Below are positions 1 through 61,700 of a stretch of DNA of 64,000 nt, in pieces (the first letter of the stretch is position 1; each line of letters starts with the position of its first letter). The stretch covers positions 45,942,001 to 46,006,000 of the forward strand of contig OX638154.1 of assembly GCA_951804945.1 (NCBI GenBank). Direction: 5' to 3'. The DNA comes from Podarcis cretensis. Lineage: Eukaryota. The notes under the pieces were generated by a model. That model was not told the origin of the DNA, did not search any database, and saw nothing but the letters and a program-made list of their open reading frames with translations. Made by a program: the position numbers and the translations under genes.

Positions 1-999
1 AGCATTGCAAGTAGTCTCCTTTCTGTTACTGTTCCATAATTTGGGACACAAAAAGCTGCCTTATAGAGTCTGACCATCTCGCTCTGGATTTTCTAAATTG
101 ACTGCCAGTGGTTCTCCATGGGTTTCAGGGGCTGAGGTCTTTCCCAGGCCTATATGGTGATGCCATATATTGAATGAACCTGGGACATTCCTTTTTTTTT
201 TTTTTTTTTTTTTTTTTGCTCTTTATACATTTGTGTTCCTCTCCCCTTTCCTGTTGCCAGGAAAATAATTGGCATTTGCTAAGTAGCCTCCTGAAGGGCA
301 TCATTCCATATTTTTTGCTTAAACATACAATAGGACCAACAGAACTTGAAAGGAAGCTTTACTTTTTTTGTGAAAAGCTTTAGGAAAGAGGGAAATGACA
401 GAACTGATTTGGTGAATTCTGTTGACCAATGTATTCTCTAAAATTTTACTAGCAGGGCTCTTGTGGTACAAATGGTATTGTACATTAACAGACCAAGGGT
501 TATAGATGAGGGTTCAGCAACCAAACCTAAATCACGGTTGAAGTGTTAGCATTTGGATTGAAGAGATATAACTGGGGCTCCACGTAGGTGAGGGATGCTG
601 AACTCGGAGAGATTTTACCAATGGGGAAAGGAGCTGGGAGATATTCCACAGAAAACCATCTGTGGTCACTTTTCTCTTTTCTTTTCCTGGCCATACATTT
701 TACCAGCAGGCAGCACGCTTGATGGGAAATGATCAGGTCACTTCATCTCTGCTTGCACGCAAGAGCCCTCGCAGAAAAGGGAGCCAGCCACCTTTCCCCA
801 CAGAATGGTAGAGTTGGAAAGGGGTCCCGAACGCCATCTATAGTCCCCTCCATGGAGAAAGAGCTCCTCTGATTTAGGCAGGCAGAAACCCAACAGGTAC
901 AGCTTCCCCACACAGTCGGGGAGATCTCCACTCGAATTTCTGCCTGCCAAGCAGCTGTTGCAAGGCGTCCGGGAAGAGGGGGAAAAAAGAAGAGATGGG

Positions 1000-1640
1000 C
1001 AGGAATCTGAGGGGTAAGTCGTGCAAAAAAGTAGGGCTCTGGGACGGAGGAGGAGGCAATGGGGGCTCTGCTGCTGGAGGGGACCCGGGGGGCGCCCCCT
1101 CTTTCTCTCCCAGGGTGCAGCGTATCGGCGGAGCAGATGGAAATCCACCCCCCACATGAGCATCTCCCCATCTCATCCCCGCCTCCCTGCCGGCACCGAC
1201 CTGTGGAGGGCCGAGTCCGCCGCCTGACCGCCATGCACCAGGCCTCGCCCGCAGCCACCTGCCCTGCAACCTGTATGACGAAGCTCTATCCAGCTTCCCC
1301 AACCTGCTCGTCCTTTTTGTGATCCAGGTTCCGGGGCCCCGCCAAGGTCGCTTCCAAATCCCGGAAAAGGAAAGCAAAGACCCCACGGTGCTTGCTAGTG
1401 CGCATGCCCCGGATTCTTCGGCATGCGCAGATATCCCGGCGAAGCATCTGCCCTTCCTTCTATTTATATACCCACCTTTGCAGGTGCGACCAAAACAAAG
1501 TACTGTATGCCTCGAAAGGAAGCGAAGTCATGGGTGAGCGGCTCCCTCTGCTGGCCACGTGGCGAAAACCACAGATCGAGTTCCTGTGTCTTGGTAGAAC
1601 GCAAACGGCAAGAATCGCACAGCGGACATCACACCGGAAA
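1000..1640 (-). promoter_or_regulatory. CpG-island promoter of the next minus-strand gene (probably ZNF76 by synteny)
   Basis: Sharp rise in GC and CpG; NRF1-type TGCGCATGCCC (1399-1409) and GCATGCGCA (1421-1429); palindromic E-box GCCACGTGGC (1554-1563); ETS-like CCGGAA; TATATAAATA on the minus strand (1461-1470). Gene identity comes only from the SCUBE3-ZNF76 order known in mammals. Confidence 0.6.
1201..1435 (-). other. Putative first exon of the downstream gene
   Basis: Donor CAG|gtcggt at 1201/1200 within the CpG island; the 5' end is approximate. Confidence 0.35.
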
Positions 1641-2017
1641 TTTGCTCTTGTGATTTTATTTTCGATTAGTTCACATCATATGGTGGGAAGTGGTATTAAA
1701 GAAGAAATTATTGAAGAGGCATTTGCCATTTCACATTTTAATGCCCATTCACCTGATTTGGTGAAGATGCCGCTGGATCAGCTCATAATTCCTTTCTTGT
1801 TTTTACCACCCTGAATTATTTGGTGCGGTCAGGAAGTTTGACCACCTCAGCGCTCAGCCCTGGGCTTAGTTTTAAGATAGTGATTGTGTTGCAAAGAAAT
1901 CTTCTTCAAGCCACAAAGTACTGTATTTTTGTTGGAAAAATTCGATTTTCCTTCCCAAATGACATTTATTTTTTGAGAGAGCTGAATGGTGGACTATAAT
2001 CAGTCAAGCTTGAGCTG

Positions 2018-2776
2018 AGATTCCTGCACTGCAGGGGGTTGGACTAGATTATCAACCCTGTGTGTCCAGGGCAGCTGTTTACCAGCTCCATCTGGTACAT
2101 AGGCTGAGACCCTACCTGCCTGCGGACTGTCTCGCCAGAGTGGTGCATGCTCTGGTTATCTCCCGCTTGGACTACTGCAATGCACTCTACGTGGGGCTAC
2201 CTTTGAAGGTGACTCGGAAACTACAACTAATCCAGAATGCGGCAGCTGGACTGGTGACTGGGGGCGGCCGCCGAGACCACATAACACCGGTCTTGAAAGA
2301 CCTACATTGGCTCCCAGTACGTTTCCGAGCACAATTCAAAGTGCTGGTGTTGACCTTTAAAGCCCTAAACGGCCTCGGCCCAGTATACCTGAAGGAGCGT
2401 CTCCACCCCCATCGTTCTGCCCGGACGCTGAGGTCCAGCGCCGAGGGCCTTCTGGCGGTTCCCTCATTGCGAGAAGCAAAGCTACAGGGAACCAGGCAGA
2501 GGGCCTTCTTGGTAGTGGCGCCCGCCCTGTGGAACGCCCTTCCAGCAGATGTCAAAGCGATAAACAACTACTTGACATTCAGAAGACATCTTAAGGCAGC
2601 CCTGTTCAGGGAAGTTTTTAATGTGTGATATTTTACTGTATTTTTGGTTTCTATGGAAGCCGCCCAGAGTGGCTGGGGAGGCCCAGCCAGATGGGCGGGG
2701 TATAAATAATAATAATAATAATTATTATTATTATTATTATTATTACCCTTTGGGGTCCTTTCAAACTACAATTCTA
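2018..2776 (+). mobile_element. CR1-type 3' tail (SINE/CR1 end) split by the L2 insertion
   Basis: ttcctgcactgcagggggttggactagat (2021-2049) resumes as acccttttggggtcctttcaaactacaattcta (2745-2777); an intact equivalent is at 12260-12330. Confidence 0.7.
2060..2745 (+). mobile_element. L2-clade LINE, 5'-truncated, with uninterrupted ORF2 C-terminus, 3' UTR and (AAT)n tail
   Basis: ORF 2062-2628 contains HALVISRLDYCNALYVGLP..KLQLIQNAAA..HITPVLKDLHWLPVRFRAQFKVLVLTFKAL, typical of the L2 RT C-terminal region; followed by ggaagccgcccagagtggctg...tataaataataat. Confidence 0.92.
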
Positions 2777-2944
2777 AGTGCCATGGGCACTCATGAGATA
2801 AGTGCCACTGGTGACAAGTGGCTCTACTCCCCTCCCTTTCCATGCATGTACTGTTTTGTGTACCTTTTAGGACTCATTTATTCTACTGAAAGAAGCGCTT
2901 TTCTCACTCTAAACCTCACTACAAACCACTTGTTGTGTCTTAAC

Positions 2945-3176
2945 CAGGGGTCAGCAAACTTTTTCAGCAGGGGGCCAGTCCACTGTCCCTAAAACCTGGG
3001 GCGGGGGGCGGACTATATTCTGAAGGGAAAAAATGAACAAATTCCTATGCCCCACAAATAACCTAGAGATGCATTTAAAATAAAAGGACACATTCTGCTC
3101 ATGTAAAAACACTGATTCCAGGACCGTCCAATGGCCAGATTGATAAGGCGATTGGGCCTTAGTTTGCCTACTCATG
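2945..3176 (+). mobile_element. Non-autonomous hAT MITE
   Basis: Termini caggggtcagcaaact / agtttgcctactcatg; perfect 8-bp TSD GTCTTAAC (2937-2944, 3177-3184). Confidence 0.9.
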
Positions 3177-3709
3177 GTCTTAACAGTGCTACCATTTCAC
3201 TGCACACAGAGTATTCAAAAAGATCAGGCACAGCTTAAAAGAATTATCAGCATGTTCCACCTTTTCAAGTTAGGGAGTGCTCTCTTGAGGGTACCAGAAT
3301 CAACAGCCCCCGCCCCCCAAATCCTGGAGACAGCTCTGATTAAAGTGGTGGAGCTCTTCGCCAGCCCTTTAAATGAACCATGTGTCAAGCATTAGAAAAA
3401 CCATCTTTCTCTTCCACACACAGCCCTATTGTTTCCCCAGACCTTTTATTTTATTTATTTTTCTTGAAGGCTACTAGTCATGATGGCTATATGGTACATC
3501 CAGGATCACTGGTGGGATTCCTCTAAATGCCAGCTGCTGCGGAACATTGCAGGATAGGGCTACAACTCCCTTGACCTGCTTGTGCCAGTGCAAGGCACAG
3601 GATGTTGGGAAATGGGAAAAGAAATTAAGAAGATGGGCAAAAATTCTTTGAGAGGCACGTGGGGGTGGGAAGGGAAAAATACAAAAGAAAAAGGCTTCTT
3701 CAGCTAGAG

Positions 3710-3846
3710 CAGACTTCCTCAAACTCGGCCCTCCAGCTGTTTTTGGCCTACAACTCCCATGATCCCTATCTAGCAGGACCAGTGGTCAGGGATGATGGGA
3801 ATTGTAGTCTCAAAAACATCTGGAGGGCTGAATTTGAGGAAGCCTG
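3710..3846. mobile_element. Palindromic hAT MITE carrying CTACAAYTCCCA motifs
   Basis: TIR cagacttcctcaaact / aatttgaggaagcctg; perfect 8-bp TSD AGCTAGAG (3702-3709, 3847-3854). Confidence 0.9.
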
Positions 3847-4394
3847 AGCTAGAGCCTCCTGAGGTCATCTTACCTATGCAACTCCTTTGACCTGACAAAG
3901 AAGAAAGAAGAAAGCGATGTCTGTAATTTCCAGCTGACTTGCCAGACACTGCCTCCAATTTTTGACTGGCTTTGCCCCTACACCATTTTGTGGCAAGCGA
4001 GCCTCAGGCATTTTCAGCTGTCTCAGGTGAACATTGGGAATAGAAAGTTGAAGAATCCCTTCTCCATAACATCTAGTTTCACCCTTTTATTCTTTTAGTG
4101 ATAGGGACCATTAGTTGCTAAAAATACTGGCAAATGTTTCATTTCTCCAAAGATTGTAGTAGTGCTTTTGTGGATGATTGGTGTGTATATATGCTGCCCA
4201 TCAAAAAGCCAGACATCAGCTGTGTCTGTGGACTGCCTGCCACTAATCAAAGTATACTAGCAGGATCAGCACTACATGCAAGGACAGCAACAACGATGTG
4301 CAAGCAACAGTAATTCTAAGCTCCTATCCTAACAGGATCCATTCTGGGTATGGTCCTCTTTGCTATTAGCCCAAGTTTTAAAGCAAACTAAGGT

Positions 4395-4479
4395 TCCCTT
4401 GGCCAGTAAAGTGAGATGAGCACTACAACCCCAGAGTCGTTCACGACTGGACTCAACTGTCAGGAGTCCTTTACCTTTT
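4395..4479 (+). mobile_element. Sauria SINE 3' fragment
   Basis: ggccagtaaagtgagatgagcactacaaccccagagtcg...cctttacctt flanked by TAAGGTT on both sides. Confidence 0.7.
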
Positions 4480-4606
4480 TAAGGTTGAGAAAATACCAAT
4501 TAGACTTTATTTTACTTCATCTGGCATAATTATGGGCCATACCAAAATACTCAATTTTTTTGAGGTTTTGAAGCTCAAAGAACTCTTGGTATCTTAAAGC
4601 CTTATA

Positions 4607-4851
4607 CAGTGGTACCTCGGGTTAAGTACTTAATTCGTTCCGGAGGTCTGTTATTAACCTGAAACTGTTCTTAACCTGAAGCACCACTTTAGCTAATGGG
4701 GTCGCCTCCTGCTGCTGCGGCACCACCAGATCACGATTTCTGTTCTCATCCTGAAGCAAAGTTCTTAACCCGAGGTACTATTTCTGGGTTAGCGGAGTCT
4801 GTAACCTGAAGCGTATGTAACTTGAAGCATATGTAACCTGAGGTACCACTG
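4607..4851. mobile_element. Tc1/mariner (Tigger-like) MITE, copy 1
   Basis: TA|cagtggtacctcgggtta...aacctgaggtaccactg|TA; TIRs plus TA TSD. Confidence 0.9.
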
Positions 4852-4983
4852 TAGTGCCAAAATCAGTCAGTTTCCAGAGGGGAATGAAAGAGAGAGAAAG
4901 GAACAGAACAAAATTCTAAGCAGTAGCAATGCTATGAATTTGGCATTTACAAATAAGAGCAGTGGAAAGCACTTCTGAAAGAT

Positions 4984-5012
4984 CAACACAACACCAAGAA
5001 ATTCCATTTAAT
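4984..5012 (-). terminator. Probable polyadenylation signal ATTAAA with downstream GU-rich element
   Basis: Minus strand reads ATTAAA (5012-5007) tggaatttctt GGTGTTGTGTTG; transposon-dense sequence resumes just beyond (4851 and below). Confidence 0.5.
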
Positions 5013-7731
5013 AATTAAAAAAAGACAATATGAAATGCAAACTTTTCTTTTTACAAGTTCAGATACAATTTCTTTTATCAAGTGCAAATAACTTTATGGA
5101 CTACACCTTTTTCATCATTTAATCATTACTTTATAGGAGATACTGGACTGTGGATTACTGCACAATGCAATTATAAATATTTCAGCTTTGTTGTTTTAAA
5201 TTGTTATATTTCCTATGTTGAGATGGAATTTTCAGCTTTTCAAACCTTTAGATTTTCTATATTTCATTAAGCATAGAATGGAAACAAGGGCTCTAGCTAG
5301 AAGGAAAGCAGGTAGAATTTCTAAGCCAAATTCAATACAAGTTTTTCCTTCAGAGCTGGCCCTGTACTTTTGCCTACAGTAAGCAATTGGACTTGAGCAT
5401 CTCGACCTCCCCTCCCCAGATAAGCAAATGCTTATATGCCGTAAGAAATTGCTGAATATGATGACATCAGAGCCAGATATGAATTCTTAGGTGTTACTAT
5501 GATGCCATATGTCCTGCTGAAGTACTGCAAAAATGTTCACATCAGAGGCAATTCAACCTCAATGCTGAGATGATTAGAGTAAATTTAATGGGGCAAATTC
5601 CAATTCTGGATCCAAAAGAGAAGAAAAGCAAACTATTAACACTCAGGCAGAAAAGCTTCAATACCACTACAGGAAACAGAGATGATCTGATCCAAGTGCA
5701 GCCTTGCAGCTTTTTAAGACACATTTCCAATTGTTAGTTTCAGGTCATGGCTCAGAGAAGGCAACAATTTCACCCATAGAAGTTGGGATTTCATCACTAG
5801 TATTTGCACTGGATTATGGATCAGTGACTGACAAGTGACCTTACATAGGGAAGAATTAAACTGACAATGGCATACTTCAGTTTTCAAGTTAGGGCTCACT
5901 ACAGCTCATCTCAAAACCAGAGTTCAGTGCTGAACTCAGGCTTTGAAAAAGGGAAGACTACAGTACCTCTGAGCAGGGGCAGAGAGCACCCCCTTCTCAC
6001 TGAGAATTCATGGCTACAGCTCTGAGTTTAGGGGAAAGAGCCTTCAGGTGGACGATGCAAATTCCCAGGAAACTTGAGCCTCAGCGCCTCTTGAGAAATA
6101 AGAGCCTACTGAAACATTCAGAAAATGAACTATACCACCTCAATATCTAAATGGGGACCCTCAGGTTTAAATATATCAAAACCTCCCTGCCCGTGCAAAG
6201 CTAACTTGTCAGAAAGAGTGAAGGTTAGATGACACTTTGAAAATGCTAGAAGACTTTAATACAGGGATGCATTCCAATATGTGATCCCTAATATGCATTC
6301 TTGATATTGAATTGAATTTACTCTCAAGAGCTGCTTGTGGCCAAAAGGTAATTTACAAGTCACTAGAAAAATTCTGCGCAAGTCCTGTGTCCCTTTCATT
6401 GGTTACAGGATAATCAAGGAGCTTGATCTTCAGGATCTACACTGGAATTTACTGTGGTGAGGAAAAAGAAAAGATTCCAAGAGCTGAAAACTTACGTCAC
6501 ATTTAGTCACCATTTCCCCAAATCCTTGTCTGTATTCATTTCTGTTTCATTTTAACACATGCACGCACACGCACACAAACACACACACATTCTCTTTTCT
6601 CAGGCAGGTATAAATATTGTAGTTTCTAGGAGAAAAAAAAACTTCCCTCTAAATAATATAAAGACAACTCAAAAATGATTGCACTTAATAATATGAAAAA
6701 GGTAGAAAGGAGAACGCCCTAGTGCACAAACATTCACTCACTCCTGCCCTTCACACTGCTTGCTTTTTTTTTGTCATTGAGTTACTCTTTGGCAGAGCTT
6801 ATAAGAAGTCTGATCTCTCAGCACCAGTCTCCATGGGGGAGAAATCACATTGGAAAGTCTCACTTTTTACCATGTTTTCTTCCCCTTTTTCCAGACATCA
6901 TTCCATGTGAGATTGTGGCTAGGCCAATGTTTTCTCTGAATGCAAAAAGTCAAGACTCCGTCACGAAACGATGCTCTTAAGTCACCAAACTTGCCATCAC
7001 GAACATGGGCGATTTACTTTCACACTTCTGTGATACGTCTTTTTCTTTTACATGATCTTCCTCCCCACAACTTACGCTTTATTTTGTCTGATCCTCTCTG
7101 CAAGACTGTGCTTGGTTTATTTTTCTCTTTTAAAAACTCCCCCAACAGTCTGATAAATAAGGCATAACCTTCCGCATTCTGGGTGTCCTTTGCCCCCAAT
7201 TCTTTACGAAAGAGTTCAGCTGGACCGGTTCCACTGCTTAGAAGCTGCTCAATGTCTCCCCGTTTCTTCTGTGTCCCAGGAGTGGAGCAGGGGTTGTTTC
7301 TATCTAGAAGCAGACAATTGTGTGCAGAGAGATGTACAAACAGCCTCTTTGGCAACTGCCTTGCAGCAGAAGGGGCCGTACATAATTTGCATATATGGGA
7401 GAAGGCGGAAACTGCCCTGGAGTTACAGGTCCCAGTAGAGGCCACTTGTGAAGAGTGTATCACTTACTGGGATATGTGAACTCCATGGGCTGAGGCTCCA
7501 GTATGGAAAGCTCAGGAGATGGTTGCCAGCTGCTTCTTCCAAGGGCAATGTCATCAGTGAATTTGGTTTGGAGAAAAGCCAAGGGAAGACCAATGGTTAG
7601 AGTCATCTGCATAGTGAGAAAATGGGGTTTGTATTTGTAGGAAAAAGTCATTGAAAAATAAGAATTAAGTGTAAGAAAAAGTTTTCTTGGCTGTCGAGGA
7701 GCCTGGAAGGCTGGTGAAAAGTGTCACAAGG
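4985..7731 (-). other. SCUBE3: Putative SCUBE3 3' UTR (~2.7 kb)
   Basis: Follows the stop codon, largely free of recognisable transposons, U-rich distal end terminating at an ATTAAA signal; the end point is inferred. Confidence 0.55.
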
Positions 7732-57840
<50,109 letters not shown>

Positions 57841-57960
57841 CTACCCAAAAAGACACCAAAGGAAGCAAGGAAAAGCTCCAGGTATATATACATGGAGTAT
57901 ATACTCTTTAACTGTGAAAAGGCATGCATAGATAACTTCTGGAGCAGGTTACTGTAAAGT

Positions 57961-58084
57961 AGCCTTTCCCAATCTGGTGGCCTCCACATGTTCTAGACTA
58001 CAATTCCCATCAGCTCTTATCACTGGCCATGCTGCCTGTGGCTGATGGGAGTTGTACTCCACAGGGTGCCAGATTTGGAAAGGA
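57961..58084. mobile_element. Palindromic hAT MITE of a related family
   Basis: gcctttcccaatctgg...gactacaattcccatcagc...gctgatgggagttgtac...ccagatttggaaagg. Confidence 0.7.
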
Positions 58085-58345
58085 TGTGTTCTGTGGAAAG
58101 TAAAGTATATTTTCCTATTCACAGCAAGAAGACTAGACTGCACACCCCACACCTGACCCAGACACTAGTCAGCCATGTGGCTGAAGTTCCTTGCATGCCT
58201 AGCATGGAAGGCTTGGGTGCACTGAAACAGCACACTGGTCCCGTTAATGTGAGCCGTCTGGAAGCTCTCATTACTAAATACAAGAAAGCCCTGGCTCAAG
58301 GGGCTGGCCAGCCAGCTTCTGAAAATCTATCTCTGGGTAGAAATT

Positions 58346-58627
58346 AGAAGAAGAAGAAGAAGAAGAAGAAGAAGAAGAAGAAGAAGAGGAGGAGGAGTTT
58401 GGATTTGATATCCCGCCTTTCACTCCCCTTCAGGAGTCTCAAAGCGGCTAACATTCTCCTTTCCCTTCCTCCCCCACAACAAACACTCTGTGAGGTGAGT
58501 GGGGCTGAGAGACTTCAAAGAAGTGTGACTGGCCCAAGGTCACCCAGCAGCTGCATGTGGAGGAGCGGAGACACGAACCTGGTTCCCCAGATTACGAGAC
58601 TACCGCTCTTAACCACTACACCACACT
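58346..58627 (-). mobile_element. tRNA-derived SINE with expanded (TTC)n tail (Squam3-like)
   Basis: (GAA)n run at 58346-58387 continuous with a SINE body homologous to 41372-41626. Confidence 0.85.
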
Positions 58628-58703
58628 GTATATAGTATATACACTGTATATAGTATATACACTGTATACACTGTATATAGTATATACACTGTATAAAGTA
58701 TAT
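58623..58703. repeat. 18-bp minisatellite (ACACTGTATATAGTATAT) x ~4.5
   Basis: Directly visible tandem units. Confidence 0.9.
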
Positions 58704-61700
58704 GGGGAAAGTGTACTAAGGAAAAGAAAAAACTTCTGGTTCCCAATTGTTTCAACAGCAATCTAGGCCACAGTTCATTGAACATATACAAGTTAAAAAT
58801 ATATATAATGCACACAGTAAAAGAAAAATATAATACCAAGCAGAGTAAAGAATCTTACTAACTTCAAAGTCTCAAGATACCAAATAATGAAGAACAAGTT
58901 ATTTGAGATCAACGGATTACCACCAAAAAGCTTTTTTGAAAAGTACCAGTGTTTCATGCTAAAAGCTTACAGGCACAGCCTCAGTCTCAATTTCAGTAAA
59001 ATGTGCTACAGTATGAATATTTTATTGTTCATACTTTTACTAGATGAAAAATCTAGGATGAATTGTATGTTTTATGGAGATGATCACCACATAACACTGC
59101 ATTCCCTGCCATTTCACTCCACTGCCACTGCTCCATTGTGCCCAAAACTGAGTGTCCTCCAACCTTTCGCATTATAAATCCCACATCAAAACAGCAAACT
59201 TTCTCTTCAATTAGATTGTTCCAGCCATCCCTATTGACCAACCTCTTCCTTTCATCTTTCCAGTTGTCCAGTACCCTAGTTAGCCTTCTCATTCCATATC
59301 CCTAGCTCTATTCTTCAATGATGCTGTAGGCAGACAGCCAACTAAGGCCCCAAGAGGGGTCAAAAGTCTCTCAGGCTCTCTCTGTGCTGTAAATCTGCCA
59401 GAGGCAGCATTAGCTACAGACACTGCTGTCTGGCCCATCCAAGCTGCAAACAAAACAGGGTGCTGCTGCTGACTCATGCCCCTGGATTGTTTGTGCTTTG
59501 CTCTGGCACGGAGGACCGCTGAGTTCCGAGTTTTAGCATCCATCTCTCCATGCCGGCCACCCACCACAGGCAGAAACCAGAGCCAGGAGGGCCATGCCCC
59601 CTATCTTATGGCCTGGAAGGGCTGAAACAGACTAGGAGCCACAGGGACTGGGTCTGTCTGCTTGCCTTGTTGTACAAGGCTGATGTTGAAGTCTGAAAAG
59701 AAGAAACAGCATATTAATTCATGGAGGAGGACTATCAATTCTTCTCTTATGCTGAAAACCTAAACCAGTAGATGTAGCAGCAGGTGAACAAATAGAGCTG
59801 TTTTCCCACATAACAGGGCGCAGGCATCATGCAGGGTCAAACTACATCTGATCCTAACTGTATGGTTCTGCTCTTGAGTATGTATACAGTTTTGGCCTTC
59901 ACAAATTGTCAGCAAGGGCTCCACCCACCTGGAACCTAGCAATGCGGGAGGAGGGCAGGCGGCTTTAACCCTTTGCCACCTGCTGAGTTCCTAATCCAGA
60001 CCAGCAACCCTGTGCCTTCAATTTGCATTTTTAAAAAGTCATATTGGAACTCATGTTTCATGGAGAGAGCTGCTGCACCAACCCAGACAGACTTCTGAAA
60101 GTTGTCGGCAGCAATTCGGATCTGTTTCATTCCTCGCCACTGCTATTATTCTTGGCAGTCTAATGCATCTCGTAGCAGGAGAGGGCAGAGCTCTCTGCGC
60201 TTGCAACCCCTCTCCTGCCAAAGAACTGCTGACAGAAGCACATTAAGCAACCCCTTAAACAAGACCCATCATTCGTTAGCCACTGCTCTAGTGAACAATA
60301 TATGCACAGCTTGGATTTCAAATCTCGAGGCATTTGACATTAAGCATCTTAAGGAAGCATGGAAGCCTTCCCCACTAAACACTACCCATCATGGACATTT
60401 CATGGGTCTTTTACTATGCAAGGACCTTAACTACTAATGAAGGAGGAGGGAAAAAGCAATGGCAAGGAAGAGAGAATGGGACTTCTGCCCAAATAAAAGC
60501 TTGCGTAAAGCATGCCATGTGGTAGTATTAGGACATGAAGAGGGTTCTGCGTCACACATTGCAAAGTGGATGCTCAGAGCAAGGTTGTGATAAACACAAC
60601 TGCTGCTGGTTTAGAGATGCTTGGAACAAGGATTTAGGAAAATGTGTAGGAAATCACAATTTGCCACTTACTGCTGGCTTTCTTTATGTTTGTCTTTGGA
60701 ATGAATCACTTCTGATATATTTTTTTGAAGCATATACAGTAAATAGTGAAGTCTCAACCCTATAGGAAAATAGAGGTGCAAGTATGTAATCATGGTTTTC
60801 CCAGATTACGCAAAAGCTTTTGTGCAGACAAGTCTGAAAGTAGAGCAGAAATAGTGACAGATTGTGAAATGCAGCATGTGCCTCACTTCCTCTTCACACT
60901 GTTTTTATAAGCATATCACACAAAAATAAATGCACCAATACAAAAATATTTATTGGCTAACAAAGGCCTATAACCAGAAATTAATTCAGCCTATGTAACT
61001 GTTTACCAGTAATATAAAAGTATAGGGCTGTGTGTGAGAAAGAGAAGAGGGAAACCGTGGCTGTCATTATAGGCCTAACCATGTACACAATCAGAGCATG
61101 TTACAGACATTGCCAAGGGACAGGGGAGCTAGTGGTTGAGAAGGACCAGTACCAGCAGAAGTTTGTTACTGCTGCACATGGCCTGGAAAACGAACAGCGT
61201 TTTATGGGACTCAGTCCCACAAATATGCTAAAACATAGTTTATGATATACTCACTGTCCAGGATCAGCAACCGAAAAATAAGCAAGGAGAAATAACTAGG
61301 ATATGCATCTGGGGAAACAGTTTTTTTTTATTATCTTGGTTTTTTTCTGTCTACAGTTGCTCTCCCAATACCTTACATTCTCTCACACGCTTCCCTACTT
61401 CCTTCCCTATTTCATGCTGAAGTTTTTTCAGAACCAACCAATTGCTGAATATTTTCCTCCCCCTGCCGTCCCTACCTGAGCTCTTTGGCTCCATCACAAC
61501 TGGAAAACCAAGGATCTGATGATACCCACAGCCTCGCTATCCCACTACTATTGCAGACAAGAAAAAGTTGCCAGAACCTCAGCTCTAAAAGCTGGGTTCT
61601 GCGGACACTGAATATAACACTCGACGGATTTTAAATATTATTTAACAAAATCCACAGGCAGACAGGAGGAATGGAGACAGCTAGTGTGGTCACACACAGC

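Noticed and set aside
738-1814. Several overlapping 140-171 aa ORFs on both strands
   Set aside because: Pro/Gly/Arg-rich, no recognisable domain; expected from stop-codon depletion in a CpG island.
7020-7479. ORFs of 147 aa (-) and 98 aa (+) just past the SCUBE3 stop
   Set aside because: Within the 3' UTR, no homology recognised, not in continuity with the stop codon, no readthrough context.
58623-58703. Short direct repeats as a possible CRISPR-like array
   Set aside because: No unique spacers and a vertebrate intronic context; a simple minisatellite.
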